A DNA stretch of 64,000 bases, from positions 8,268 through 72,267 of the forward strand of contig NZ_JAIEOF010000174.1 of the NCBI RefSeq assembly GCF_019750675.1. Reading direction: 5' to 3'. Below the pieces are notes generated by a model. It was not told the DNA's origin and did no database searches. It was given only the letters and a program-made list of their open reading frames with translations. This stretch comes from Methylobacterium sp. (GTDB lineage Bacteria; Pseudomonadota; Alphaproteobacteria; Rhizobiales; Beijerinckiaceae). The translations under genes and the position numbers were made by a program. Positions 1 through 9,853 of the stretch are shown here, in pieces (positions within the stretch are counted from its first letter, which is position 1; each line of letters opens with the position of its first letter).

Positions 1-223
1 TCAGGCGCCAGATCGTGGCGAGCGTCGGATTGGTCTCGTTGCGCTCTATCTGGCTGATGATCGACTTTGCGACGCCCGACTGCTCGGCGAGTTCGGACAG
101 GGACAGGTTGTAGGCCTTGCGCAGGCGCTGGATCGTCTTGCCGAGCTGGCCGGAGAGAACCTGCGCGCCGTTCAGGATATCACGCTGCCGCCCGCGTTCG
201 GGCGTCGTCAACTGGTTGTCCAT
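1..223 (-). CDS. XRE-family HTH transcriptional regulator (3' end runs off the window)
   Basis: Translated by hand from ATG at 223: MDNQLTTPERGRQRDILNGAQVLSGQLGKTIQRLRKAYNLSLSELAEQSGVAKSIISQIERNETNPTLATIWRL, a typical Cro/C1 HTH. Not in the ORF track. Confidence 0.9.
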   Translation of the reverse strand, partial: MDNQLTTPERGRQRDILNGAQVLSGQLGKTIQRLRKAYNLSLSELAEQSGVAKSIISQIERNETNPTLATIWRL

Positions 224-309
224 GGGTCCCGAGATCCGCGCGTCCGTTCCGTTAAGCGGACGCTTGTACGGTACTTCAAACGCAAACGGGACGGCGGCGC
301 AAGGCTGGG

Positions 310-1116
310 TCAGGTCCAGAGGGCGTGGAAATGGTGCACCGGTCCGTGCCCGCGCCCCACCGCGACGCCGTCGGCTCCCGCGATCGCCGCCGAGACGTAG
401 CGCTTGGCCTGAGCCACCGCCTCGACCATCGGAAGACCCCGCGCCAGCCCGGCCGCCACCGCCGCTGAGAGGGTGCAGCCGGTGCCGTGCGTGTTGCGCG
501 TCTCGATGCGCGGCGCGGCGAAGCGGCGGAGCGTACCGTCGCTGCTCATGAGGTGATCGACGCTCTCGCTGCCGACCCCATGCCCGCCCTTCACCAGCAC
601 CGCGCGGGCGCCGATGGCGAGGAGGCGCCGGCCCTGCGCAACGGCGGCGTTCTCGGTGTCGGCGGCGGGTTCACCGATCAGGGTCGCGGTCTCGGGCAGG
701 TTGGGGGTGACGAGGTGGGCGAGCGGCAGGAGGTGTCGACGCAACGCCTCCACGGCCGTCTCGGAGATCAGGCGGTCGCCCGAGGTGGCGACCATCACGG
801 GGTCGAGCACGATGGGGATCCGGCCGGCGTGGCGGGCGAGCCCCGCCGCCACCGCCTCGATGGTGGCCACCTGGGACAGCATCCCGATCTTGACCGCCGT
901 GACGGCGAGGTCCGAGAACACGCTCTCGATCTGCGCGGCAACGAAGTCGGCCGGTACGTCGTGGATCGCCTGGACCCCTTGGGTGTTCTGGGCCGTCAGG
1001 GCGGTGATCACGCTGGCGCCGTAGACCCGCAGGGCCGCGAAGGTCTTCAGGTCGGCCTGGATGCCGGCCCCGCCGCTCGAATCGGAACCCGCGATGGTGA
1101 CGGCGATCGGTGTCAT
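310..1116 (-). CDS. thiD: Hydroxymethylpyrimidine/phosphomethylpyrimidine kinase
   Basis: Motifs [48 protein letters not shown]. Confidence 0.97.
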   Translation of the reverse strand: MTPIAVTIAGSDSSGGAGIQADLKTFAALRVYGASVITALTAQNTQGVQAIHDVPADFVAAQIESVFSDLAVTAVKIGMLSQVATIEAVAAGLARHAGRIPIVLDPVMVATSGDRLISETAVEALRRHLLPLAHLVTPNLPETATLIGEPAADTENAAVAQGRRLLAIGARAVLVKGGHGVGSESVDHLMSSDGTLRRFAAPRIETRNTHGTGCTLSAAVAAGLARGLPMVEAVAQAKRYVSAAIAGADGVAVGRGHGPVHHFHALWT

Positions 1117-1146
1117 TGGGGGGTGTCCTCGAGGCTTTGTGGGAGC

Positions 1147-1857
1147 TTAGGCCGCGACGCCCCGCGCGGCGAGGGCCGAATCCACCCGGTCCCGCAGATC
1201 GCGCGCGCAAGCCTCGACGGAATCGCCGGAGAACAGCGAGGCGATCACCGCGATCCCGTCCGCCCCGGCCCGGATCACGGACGCCGCGTTGCCCGCGTTG
1301 ATGCCCGCGATGGCGCCGAGGGGGAACGCGGCGCCCCGTGCGAGGCGTCCCCGGAAGACGATGCGGGCGAGCCCGTCGAGCCCCACCGGCGGATCGGGAT
1401 TGTCCTTGCTGGCCGTCGCGAACACCCCCCCGATGCAGGCGTAGTCGACCGGCAGACGGTAGAGTTCATCGGCCTGGGCGGCGGTCTTGAGCGTGAGGCC
1501 GATGATCGCTTCGCGCCCGAGCAGGCGGCGCGCATCGGCCGGGTGCAGATCGCCCTGGCCGAGATGCACGCCCTCGACCCCGGCGGCCAGCGCGAGGTCG
1601 ACCCGGTCGTTGACGAGGAGCGGCACGCCCCGGCCCGCGATCGCCCCGTGGATCGCCCGGATGCGGGCGAGCGCCGCGCGGGCATCCGCGATGGACTTCT
1701 CCCGGTACTGCAGCAGCGTGCAGCCCCCCTGAACGGCCTCGGCCGCCATCGCGGCCAGCCGCGCGCCGTCATGGCCCGACACGCCGGTGTCGATGAGCCC
1801 GTAGAGCCGCAGGTCGACCGCCGGCCCCGGGCCGCCCGCTTCCTTCTGTCCGATCAC
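1147..1857 (-). CDS. thiE: Thiamine-phosphate synthase
   Basis: Motifs [20 protein letters not shown]; adjacent to thiD on the same strand. GTG start uncertain. Confidence 0.92.
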   Translation of the reverse strand: MIGQKEAGGPGPAVDLRLYGLIDTGVSGHDGARLAAMAAEAVQGGCTLLQYREKSIADARAALARIRAIHGAIAGRGVPLLVNDRVDLALAAGVEGVHLGQGDLHPADARRLLGREAIIGLTLKTAAQADELYRLPVDYACIGGVFATASKDNPDPPVGLDGLARIVFRGRLARGAAFPLGAIAGINAGNAASVIRAGADGIAVIASLFSGDSVEACARDLRDRVDSALAARGVAA

Positions 1858-2011
1858 GCGGCGCCTTCCTGAACGTCGTGGCAGGGATGTTGGGTCTTGT
1901 CCCCACAGTCTAGGGCCCTCGCGGCCCGCTCGGAAGACGGGTGTGCCGCCGGGAGCCCCGGGCCTGCCACGGCGTTACCGCCGCAGCCTTCCTCGGAGAC
2001 GCAGCCCGCGC

Positions 2012-2590
2012 ATGGACCGGACACCCAAACAGAAGATGCTCGCCGGCGACCTCTACGATCCGGACGATCCGGAGCTTCACACCGACAACCGGACCGCGCG
2101 AGCCTGGATGGCGCGCTACAACGCCGCCGCCACCGAGACGCCCGCGACCCGCCGCGAACTCCTGCGGGAGCGCTTCGCGTCGGTCGGCGACGGTACGGTG
2201 GTACGGCCACCCTTCCATTGCGATTACGGGCTGCACATCAGCCTCGGCGCGCACGTCTTCCTGAATTTCGGCTGCGTGATCCTGGATTGCGCTCCCGTGA
2301 GCATCGGCGACCGGACCCAGATCGGTCCCGGGGTGCAGATCCTCACGCCGGACCATCCCCGCGAGCCGGGGCCGCGCGAGGCGGGCCTGGAATTCGCCCG
2401 GGCGATCCGGATCGGCCGCAACGTCTGGATCGGGGGCGGCGCCCTGATCCTGCCGGGCGTCACCGTGGGCGACGACGCCATCGTGGGCGCCGGCAGCGTG
2501 GTGACTCGCGACGTGCCGGCCGGCGCCACGGTCGTGGGCAACCCGGCCCGGGTCCTGGCCGCCCGAACCCCGCCCGCTCGGGAGGCCTGA
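2012..2590 (+). CDS. maa: Sugar (maltose/galactoside-type) O-acetyltransferase, hexapeptide repeat
   Basis: KQKMLAGDLY, PPFHCDYG, IGRNVWIGGGALILPGVTVGDDAIVGAGSVVTRDVP. Start moved to ATG 2012. Confidence 0.88.
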   Translation: MDRTPKQKMLAGDLYDPDDPELHTDNRTARAWMARYNAAATETPATRRELLRERFASVGDGTVVRPPFHCDYGLHISLGAHVFLNFGCVILDCAPVSIGDRTQIGPGVQILTPDHPREPGPREAGLEFARAIRIGRNVWIGGGALILPGVTVGDDAIVGAGSVVTRDVPAGATVVGNPARVLAARTPPAREA

Positions 2591-2686
2591 CCGGGGCGGG
2601 ACGGTTTTTCGCGTTCATCGCGCGCCCGCAATGTGCGATGAGCAGGCGCGAAGCGATGGGCGAGCAGCGGGCGAGGATCGGGCAGC

Positions 2687-3685
2687 GTGACCACGGCGCA
2701 GGAGACCGAACGGGCGGCGGACTCCGCGCTCTCCAATCCGTCCGCCGTGGGGCTCGTGGCCGTCATCGTCGCGGCGACTGACGGGGAGCCGCGGGCCCTG
2801 ACCGTGCAGGTCGGCGGCCAGGCCCGGGGCCGTTCCGACGGCCTGCCCGCGGGGCCGCTCGTGCCCGAGCACCCCACCCTGGAGCGGGGCCTGCGCGCCT
2901 GGGTGGAACGCCAGACCCACCAGCGCCTCGGCTACGTGGAGCAGCTCTACACCTTCGGCGATCGTGACCGGCAGGGCGACGACGGCGGCGGTCTGCACTC
3001 GCTCTCGGTGGCCTACCTCGCCCTGGTGCGCGAGCTGCGGCCGGCCGGCCTCGCCGAGGCCGCCTGGCGAAACTGGTACCACTACCTGCCCTGGGAGGAT
3101 TGGCGCGCCGGGCGGCCTGATTCCCTCGGCGAGATCGAGGCCAAGCTCCTCGCGTGGGCGGAGGGCACTGGAGACCCGAAGCAGCGGCGTCGCCGCGAGG
3201 ACCGCCTCGGCCTGACCTTCGGGCTCTGCGGCGGCGCCTGGAACGAGGAGCGCGTGCTGGAGCGCTACGAACTGCTGTTCGAGGCCGGATTGATTCCCGA
3301 GGCGCAGGGGCAGTCCGGCGAGGCACGCGACGCTGACCTGACCGTGACGGGCCAGCCCATGGCCCTCGACCACCGCCGGGTGCTCGCCACGGCGATCGGG
3401 CGCCTGCGCGGCAAGATCAAGTACCGCCCCGTGGTCTTCGAGCTGATGCCGCCGACCTTCACGCTGTTCCAGCTCCAGCGCACGGTGGAGGCGCTGTCGG
3501 GCACCAATCTGCACAAGCAGAACTTCCGCCGGCTCGTGGCCCAGCAGGGGCTGGTGGAGGAAACGGACGGCGTGACCTCCGGGGCGACCGGGCGACCGGC
3601 CCGCCTCGTCCGCTTCCGGCGTGAGGTGCTGCTGGAACGCCCCGCCCCCGGCTTCCGCCTGCGGCCCGCGCGCCGGCCAACTTGA
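2687..3685 (+). CDS. nadQ: Nudix-like NAD-biosynthesis regulator NadQ (COG4111; often annotated NrtR-like)
   Basis: Degenerate Nudix N-domain (GLRAWVERQT...GYVEQLYTFGDRDR) and C-terminal wHTH (FTLFQLQRTVEAL...HKQNFRR...GRPARL); lies directly upstream of nadABC. Confidence 0.85.
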   Translation: MTTAQETERAADSALSNPSAVGLVAVIVAATDGEPRALTVQVGGQARGRSDGLPAGPLVPEHPTLERGLRAWVERQTHQRLGYVEQLYTFGDRDRQGDDGGGLHSLSVAYLALVRELRPAGLAEAAWRNWYHYLPWEDWRAGRPDSLGEIEAKLLAWAEGTGDPKQRRRREDRLGLTFGLCGGAWNEERVLERYELLFEAGLIPEAQGQSGEARDADLTVTGQPMALDHRRVLATAIGRLRGKIKYRPVVFELMPPTFTLFQLQRTVEALSGTNLHKQNFRRLVAQQGLVEETDGVTSGATGRPARLVRFRREVLLERPAPGFRLRPARRPT

Positions 3686-3750
3686 TCGCCGTGCCCCGGC
3701 GGGGTGGATGACAGTTGCACCGCAACGTCATTCTCGCATCGCAAAAACGT

Positions 3751-3769
3751 TATGCTCAAAGCCTGCATA
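3751..3769. promoter_or_regulatory. Second, degenerate NadQ operator (TATGCTCA-aag-CCTGCATA)
   Basis: Left half-site perfect, right half degenerate; 59 bp upstream of the perfect box. Confidence 0.55.
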
Positions 3770-3809
3770 TCTAGACAAGCCACCGTGGCCCGCCTACGTT
3801 AGTCGGCAC

Positions 3810-3828
3810 AATGCTCAGTTTGAGCATA
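3810..3828. promoter_or_regulatory. NadQ operator, perfect palindrome ATGCTCA-gtt-TGAGCAT
   Basis: Read at 3811-3827, 16 nt upstream of the nadA ATG; matches the ATRCTCA-N3-TGAGYAT type motif known for NadQ. Confidence 0.85.
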
Positions 3829-3843
3829 AGTGAGGACGCGTCA

Positions 3844-4869
3844 ATGGCGGCGACCAGTCTCCCGATCGGCAGCAATCGTGCGGGTGTCCCGAGTGGCCTT
3901 CCCCTGCCGCACATCTACGAGCGCGTGAGCCGGCACGTGCCGGCCATCGAGTGGCCGGCCCTGGCCGACGACGTGGCGGCGATCCTCGAACTGAAGAAGA
4001 CCCGCAACGCGGTCATCCTGGCCCACAACTACCAGGCGCCGGAGATCTTCCACACGGTTGCGGACATCGTCGGCGACAGCTTGGCCCTGGCGCGCGAGGC
4101 CGTGACGGTCGACGCCGACGTCATCGTGCTGGCGGGCGTCCACTTCATGGCCGAGACCGCCAAGCTCCTGAACCCGGGCAAGACGGTGCTGATCCCGGAC
4201 ACCCGCGCGGGCTGTTCCCTCGCCGATTCGATCACGGCGGCGGACGTGCGCGGCCTGCGGGCGAAGTATCCGGGTGTTCCGATCGTCACCTACGTCAACA
4301 CCTCGGCGGCGGTGAAGGCCGAGTCGGACCTGTGCTGCACCTCCGGCAACGCGGTCGAGGTGGTGCGCTCGCTCAACGCGCCCCGCGTCCTCATGATCCC
4401 GGACGAGTTCCTGGCCCAGAACGTCCAGGCGATGGTGCCCGAGGTCGAGATCCTGACCTGGGCCGGGCATTGCGAGGTGCACGAGCAGTTCACCCCCGCC
4501 GACATCCGCGAGGTGCGCGAGAGCTACCCCGGCGTCACCGTCATCACCCACCCGGAATGTCCGCCGGAGGTAGTCGCCGAGGCCGATTTCTCGGGCTCCA
4601 CCGCGATGATGATGAACTTCGTGCTGGAGAAACGCCCGAAGCAGGTGGTGCTCGTGACCGAGTGCTCCATGGGCGACAACATCGCGGCCGCCAACCCCGA
4701 CATCGAGTTCATCAAGCCCTGCAACCTGTGCCCGCACATGAAACGCATGAGCCTGAAGAACATCCGCCACGCCCTGGAGACCATGACCCACGAGGTCACG
4801 GTGGAGCCGGAGCTCGCCGAGCGCGCCCGGATGGCGGTGGAGCGCATGCTGGCGGTCCGCACCCGATGA
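3844..4869 (+). CDS. nadA: Quinolinate synthase
   Basis: [49 protein letters not shown]. Start moved to ATG 3844. Confidence 0.97.
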   Translation: MAATSLPIGSNRAGVPSGLPLPHIYERVSRHVPAIEWPALADDVAAILELKKTRNAVILAHNYQAPEIFHTVADIVGDSLALAREAVTVDADVIVLAGVHFMAETAKLLNPGKTVLIPDTRAGCSLADSITAADVRGLRAKYPGVPIVTYVNTSAAVKAESDLCCTSGNAVEVVRSLNAPRVLMIPDEFLAQNVQAMVPEVEILTWAGHCEVHEQFTPADIREVRESYPGVTVITHPECPPEVVAEADFSGSTAMMMNFVLEKRPKQVVLVTECSMGDNIAAANPDIEFIKPCNLCPHMKRMSLKNIRHALETMTHEVTVEPELAERARMAVERMLAVRTR

Positions 4870-6410
4870 ACGCGCACGCTCCCCTCGCCTTCGCGCTCCC
4901 GGGCGCCGATCGCATCGTCGTCGTGGGCGCCGGCATCGCGGGCCTCGCCACGGCGCTCCGCCTCGCGCCCCGCCCCGTCACCCTGGTCACGGCCGCCCCC
5001 CTGGGCACCGGCACCGCCACGGGCTGGGCGCAGGGCGGCATCGCCGCCGCCATGGGAGCGGACGACGCGGCCGCCCTCCACGCCGCCGACACCCTGGCGG
5101 CGGGCGCCGGCCTGACCGAGGCAGACGTGGCTGCCCGCGTCGCCGCCGCCGGACCGGCGCTGATCGAGTGGCTGGTCGGGCTCGCCGCTCCGTTCGACCG
5201 GGACGCCGCCGGAGCCCTCGCCCTCGGGCTCGAGGCCGCCCATTCCCGTCGCCGCATCGTGCGGGCCGGCGGGGATTCCACCGGCCGGCTCGTGCTCGAG
5301 ACCCTGGTGCGGGTGGTGGGCCGGACGCCCTCCGTCACCGTGCTGGTGGCGTCGGCGCGGGAACTCCTGCGGGACGCGGGCGGCGCGGTGGCCGGCCTCG
5401 TCTGCGAGCGGGAGGGCGCGCGCTTCACCCTGCCGGCCCGCGCCGTAGTGCTGGCCACGGGAGGCACCGGCGCGCTTTACGCCGCGACCACGAACCCGCG
5501 CGGCGCCACAGGGCGCGGTCTCGCCCTGGCGCTGCGGGCCGGCGCCACCTTGCGCGACATGGAGTTCGTGCAGTTCCACCCCACCGCCATCGCCACCGGC
5601 GCGGACCCGATGCCCTTGGCCACCGAAGCCCTGCGCGGCGAGGGGGCCCGCCTCATCGATGAGACCGGCGCCCCCGTGATGGCAGGAATCGCCGGAGGCG
5701 ACCTCGCACCCCGGGACGTGGTGGCGCGCGGGATCTTCCAGGCGCTGTCGCGCGGCGCGGGCGTGTTCCTCGATTGCCGGGGCGAGCTCGGCGCCCGCAT
5801 GGCGACGCGGTTTCCCACCGTGGCGGGCCTCTGCGCGCAGGCCGGCATCGACCCCCACCGGCAGGCCATCCCGGTGCGACCGGCGGCCCACTACCACATG
5901 GGCGGCATCAAGGTGGATGCCTGCGGCGCCAGCACGGTGCCGGGCCTGTTCGCCTGCGGCGAGGTCGCCTCGACGGGCTTGCACGGGGCCAATCGGCTGG
6001 CCAGCAACTCCCTCCTCGAAGCCATGGCCTTCGCGCCCTGGATCGCCGAGGCCGCGAGTGCCCTGCCCGCCCCGGGCCATGCCCTGGCCCAGCCGGAGCG
6101 GGCGCGCGCCGCGACCGATCTCGACGCCCTGCGCGGGGTCATGGACCGGCAGGTCGGCGTCGTGCGCGCGGCGGAGGGCTTGGCAGATGCGCTTCGGCAG
6201 CTCGCGCCGGCCGCACGGGCCGGCGGAGACGCGGCGCTGACCGCCTTCGCCATCGCGGCCTCGGCGGCCTCGCGCCGCGAGAGCCGCGGCGCGCACTGGC
6301 GCAGCGATCACCCCGGGCAGGAGCCCGCGCGCCACACCGAGGTGACGCTGGCCGAGCTTCAGGCCCTCGCCGCGGCGTACGCGCCCGATCGTGACGTCGT
6401 CGCGGCCTGA
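4866..6410 (+). CDS. nadB: L-aspartate oxidase
   Basis: [12 protein letters not shown] motif, [47 protein letters not shown]; ATGA overlap with the nadA stop. Confidence 0.96.
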   Translation: MNAHAPLAFALPGADRIVVVGAGIAGLATALRLAPRPVTLVTAAPLGTGTATGWAQGGIAAAMGADDAAALHAADTLAAGAGLTEADVAARVAAAGPALIEWLVGLAAPFDRDAAGALALGLEAAHSRRRIVRAGGDSTGRLVLETLVRVVGRTPSVTVLVASARELLRDAGGAVAGLVCEREGARFTLPARAVVLATGGTGALYAATTNPRGATGRGLALALRAGATLRDMEFVQFHPTAIATGADPMPLATEALRGEGARLIDETGAPVMAGIAGGDLAPRDVVARGIFQALSRGAGVFLDCRGELGARMATRFPTVAGLCAQAGIDPHRQAIPVRPAAHYHMGGIKVDACGASTVPGLFACGEVASTGLHGANRLASNSLLEAMAFAPWIAEAASALPAPGHALAQPERARAATDLDALRGVMDRQVGVVRAAEGLADALRQLAPAARAGGDAALTAFAIAASAASRRESRGAHWRSDHPGQEPARHTEVTLAELQALAAAYAPDRDVVAA

Positions 6411-6475
6411 CACGGAGGGGGCGAGCCGGCACGACCCGCCCCGATGACGCGAAGACTTCGACCGAAGGACGATCC

Positions 6476-7339
6476 ATGACCGACCGCACCGATCTTCCCC
6501 CCCTGCCCCGCCTGATGGTGGAGCCCATCGTGCGCGCGGCCCTGCTAGAGGATCTCGGCCGGGCCGGCGACATCACCACGGACGCGATCGTCCCGGCGAG
6601 CGCCCGCCTCGAAGGCGTCATCGCCGCGCGGCAGGACGGGGTCATCTCGGGCGTCGACGCGGCGGTGATCGCCTTCGGGCTGATCGACCCGGCCGTCGCC
6701 GTGACGGTGGAGCGCGGTGACGGCAGCCGGGTCAAACCGGGCGACGTGGTGATCCGCCTCGCCGGTCCGGCCCGCGCCATCCTCACCGCCGAGCGGGTCG
6801 CCCTGAACCTGTTGTGCCGGATGTCGGGGGTCGCCACCGCCACCGCCTCCCTGGTCGACGCGGCGCGGCCGCACGGCAAGGCCCGCATCGTCTGCACCCG
6901 CAAGACCACCCCGGGCCTGCGTTCCCTGGAGAAGCACGCGGTCCGGGCCGGGGGCGGCTCGAACCACCGCTACGGCCTCGACGACGCCGTGCTCATCAAG
7001 GACAACCACGTGGCGGTGGCGGGCGGCATCGTGCCGGCCATCGCGCGGGCAAGGGCCTATGCCGGGCACCTCGTGAAGATCGAGGTGGAGGTCGACACCC
7101 TGGAGCAGCTCGAACAGGCGCTTTCGGTGGGCGCCGACGCCGTGCTCCTCGACAACATGACCCCCGATCAGCTCGCCCGGGCGGTGGCGATGATCGACGG
7201 GCGGGCCATCGCGGAGGCCTCCGGCCGCATCAACCGCGAGACCGTGGGGGCGGTCGCGGCCTCCGGCGTGGACCTGATATCCTGCGGCTGGATCACCCAC
7301 AGCGCACCGATCATCGACCTCGGCCTCGACGCGGTCTGA
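6476..7339 (+). CDS. nadC: Nicotinate-nucleotide diphosphorylase (quinolinate phosphoribosyltransferase)
   Basis: LLEDLGRAGDITT, CTRKTTPG, HRYGLDDAVLIKDNH, IEVEVD, LLDN, EASG. Confidence 0.97.
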   Translation: MTDRTDLPPLPRLMVEPIVRAALLEDLGRAGDITTDAIVPASARLEGVIAARQDGVISGVDAAVIAFGLIDPAVAVTVERGDGSRVKPGDVVIRLAGPARAILTAERVALNLLCRMSGVATATASLVDAARPHGKARIVCTRKTTPGLRSLEKHAVRAGGGSNHRYGLDDAVLIKDNHVAVAGGIVPAIARARAYAGHLVKIEVEVDTLEQLEQALSVGADAVLLDNMTPDQLARAVAMIDGRAIAEASGRINRETVGAVAASGVDLISCGWITHSAPIIDLGLDAV

Positions 7340-7552
7340 TCGCGCGCCCGGCGTACCTCCCACGCGGGCGATACGGCCAAGGTGCCACGGTGTTGCCACG
7401 AAATCACGACGCTCCGGCAACCGACGCCGGGGCGGGAATAGAGCTTGGCTTTGAAGGGCGAGCGTTTACGTCTTGGGCAGACTTCGCGCCGTAACGTGCG
7501 TCGAGTTTTCCTAATCCGCTCCACAGATTTCGTTCGCCTTCGAGAGGCTCCG

Positions 7553-8215
7553 ATGCGCCGTTTCGCCCCCGCCCTGACCGGGCTCCTCTGCGCGCTGGGC
7601 GCATGGGCTTCGCCCGTGGCCGCCTACGAGATCGATCCACTCACACGCCAGCCACTCGACAACGCCCTGGTCATCCGGGTGCGCCCGCAGGCCACGCCGG
7701 TGGCCCTGCCCACCGCCAACGCCTCGCTGCCCGCCGATCCGATGGCACCGTCCTCCGCCGTGCCGCAGATGTCGGCGATCCAGCGCGAGGAAGTCGTCTA
7801 TGCGGGCGGCTACGCGGCCGGCACCATCGTGGTCTCCACCGCCGAGCGCCGCCTGTACTACGTGCTGGGTGACGGCAAGGCCCTGCGCTACGGCGTCGGC
7901 GTCGGCCGTCCGGGCTTCACCTGGGGCGGCGTGCAGACCATCACGATGAAGCGCGAGTGGCCCGATTGGCGTCCCCCGGCCGAGATGCTGCGCCGCCGCC
8001 CCGACCTGCCGCGCTTCATGAAGGGCGGCATCGAGAACCCCCTCGGCGCCCGCGCCATGTATCTCGGCAACTCGATCTACCGCATCCACGGCTCGAACGA
8101 GCCGGAGACCATCGGCACCGCCGTGTCCTCGGGCTGCATCCGCATGACCAACGACGACGTGGCCGACCTCTACACCCGCGCCAAGGTGGGCGCGAAGGTC
8201 ATCGTCCAGCGCTGA
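7553..8215 (+). CDS. L,D-transpeptidase (YkuD/ErfK family) with signal peptide
   Basis: RYGVGVGR, NPLGARAMYL, YRIHG...SSGCIRM catalytic His/Cys; signal-like N-terminus from ATG 7553. Confidence 0.95.
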   Translation: MRRFAPALTGLLCALGAWASPVAAYEIDPLTRQPLDNALVIRVRPQATPVALPTANASLPADPMAPSSAVPQMSAIQREEVVYAGGYAAGTIVVSTAERRLYYVLGDGKALRYGVGVGRPGFTWGGVQTITMKREWPDWRPPAEMLRRRPDLPRFMKGGIENPLGARAMYLGNSIYRIHGSNEPETIGTAVSSGCIRMTNDDVADLYTRAKVGAKVIVQR

Positions 8216-8243
8216 CCGGCGCGAACCCAAGTCAGGTAACGAC

Positions 8244-8273
8244 GAGGGGTCGGCGGAAACGCCGGCCCCTTTC
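8244..8273. terminator. Intrinsic terminator between convergent genes
   Basis: AGGGGTCGGCG-GAAA-CGCCGGCCCCT-TT: 11-bp stem with GNRA loop. Confidence 0.75.
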
Positions 8274-8284
8274 GCGTTGGAAAC

Positions 8285-8644
8285 CTACTTCGACACCGCG
8301 AAGAACCGCGACAGCAGCCAGAGCGGCACCACCACCACGGCGCCGGCCAGGATCCAGCGGCCGAAATCGTGGAAGGTGGCGAGGCCGAGGTCGATCAGGG
8401 TCCGCACCGCGTCGTAGGCGTGCCAGAAGAGGAGGCCCGGGGTGACGCCCAGGGTCGCCATCACGGCGCCGACCAGCACCGACAGGAACAGCAGCTTCAT
8501 GAAAACGGCGGCGGGCGAGCCGCCGAGGAAGCGCCGCAGGGCCGAGCGCCGGCCCTGATCCGGGAACGGTGCGCCGGCATAGGGCTGGCCCGGGTAGGGC
8601 GAGGGACGGCGCGGATCGTGTTCGGGGGTCATGCCGGAGGTCAT
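8285..8644 (-). CDS. Small membrane protein (DUF6460-like)
   Basis: RFLGGSP...KLLFLSVLVGAVM...GVTP...ILAGAVVVVPLWLLSR; two hydrophobic segments. Confidence 0.75.
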   Translation of the reverse strand: MTSGMTPEHDPRRPSPYPGQPYAGAPFPDQGRRSALRRFLGGSPAAVFMKLLFLSVLVGAVMATLGVTPGLLFWHAYDAVRTLIDLGLATFHDFGRWILAGAVVVVPLWLLSRFFAVSK

Positions 8645-8890
8645 GCGATGTTTCCTGGGAACGCCCGGCCCGTATCACGGCGGCGCGCTTGAGCCCCTTC
8701 TCAACCCGCCGATCCCGGCGGAACCGTGACGCGGACGCCACAGGACGGGAGGAAACCCAACCGGGCTTGAGGCGTTGGGCGATTTCGCACAAGCCACGGA
8801 TGGCACCGATGCCCGCGCGGTCCCATTCTAGGGTCTGGAGTCGGTGGCGCGCGTCGCGACGGCCGACCTGTCAATGAAACGAACGGATTC

Positions 8891-9853
8891 ATGATCGACC
8901 ACGCCCTGTTCGATCCGGCGATGATCGAACCGGAAACCAAGCGCCTGAACGCCGAGATCGTGGCCGCCCATGCCGCGCAGGGCGACCCGTGGTCGATTCC
9001 GATGACGGAGGTGCGCGCGCGCCGTCGCCAGGGCACGCAGGCCTCCCCGGCCATGCCCCGCAGCGCCCGGGCCGAGACCCTGACCATCGACGGGCCCGGC
9101 GGTCCGCTGGACTTGCGCGTCATCCGCCCGAACCCCAAGAAGTGGGCGAAGCTGCGCGGCGCCTACCTGCACATTCATCGCGGCGGCTGGGTCTGGGGAT
9201 CGGCAGACGAGCAGGACCCCTGGCTGGAGCGCATCGCCGACGTCTGCGGCTTCGTCTGCCTTTCGGTGGAGTACCGGCTGGCGCCGGAGCATCCCTATCC
9301 GGCCGCCCTCGAGGACTGCGAGGTGGCGGCCCTCTGGCTCGCCGGTCCCGGCAAGGCGGAGTTCGGCATCTCCGCGCTGACCATCGGCGGCGAATCGGCG
9401 GGCGCGCAGCTCGCCGTGATGGTGCTCCTGCGCCTTCGCGACACGCACGGCCTGCCCCGCGCCTTCCGGGGCGCCAATCTGAACGCGGGCTTCTTCGATC
9501 TCGGGCTGACGCCCAGCGTGCGCAACTGGGGCGCGGAGCGCCTCGTGGTGAACACCGAGGACCTGACGCGCTTCGCCGACGTCTACGTGCGCGACGGCAT
9601 CGACCGGCGCCGGCCCGACGTCTCGCCGCTCTACGCCAACCTGAAAGGCCTGCCCCCGGCCCTGTTCACGGTGGGGACGCACGATCCGCTCCTCGACGAC
9701 ACGCTCTACATGTCGGCGCGCTGGGCCGCGGCCGGCAATGGCGGACACACCGCGATCTATCCGGGCGGGTGCCACGTCTTCGTGCGCTACCCCGGCGCGA
9801 TGACGGAGCGCGCCCTCGAACTGATGGACCGGTTCCTGATGGCCCTGGCCTGA
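8891..9853 (+). CDS. Alpha/beta hydrolase, hormone-sensitive-lipase family esterase
   Basis: VEYRLAPEHPYPAALED, GESAG nucleophile, HDPLLDD, GCHVF; the HGGG motif reads HRGG. Confidence 0.9.
   Translation: MIDHALFDPAMIEPETKRLNAEIVAAHAAQGDPWSIPMTEVRARRRQGTQASPAMPRSARAETLTIDGPGGPLDLRVIRPNPKKWAKLRGAYLHIHRGGWVWGSADEQDPWLERIADVCGFVCLSVEYRLAPEHPYPAALEDCEVAALWLAGPGKAEFGISALTIGGESAGAQLAVMVLLRLRDTHGLPRAFRGANLNAGFFDLGLTPSVRNWGAERLVVNTEDLTRFADVYVRDGIDRRRPDVSPLYANLKGLPPALFTVGTHDPLLDDTLYMSARWAAAGNGGHTAIYPGGCHVFVRYPGAMTERALELMDRFLMALA

Noticed and set aside
1858-2011. TPP riboswitch upstream of thiE-thiD
   Set aside because: No THI-element core (CTGAGA...) found on the minus strand.
8989-9849. N-terminal 287 codons of the ORF-track helicase
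   Set aside because: Arg/Pro-rich alternate frame of the esterase gene; helicase homology starts only near 9850.
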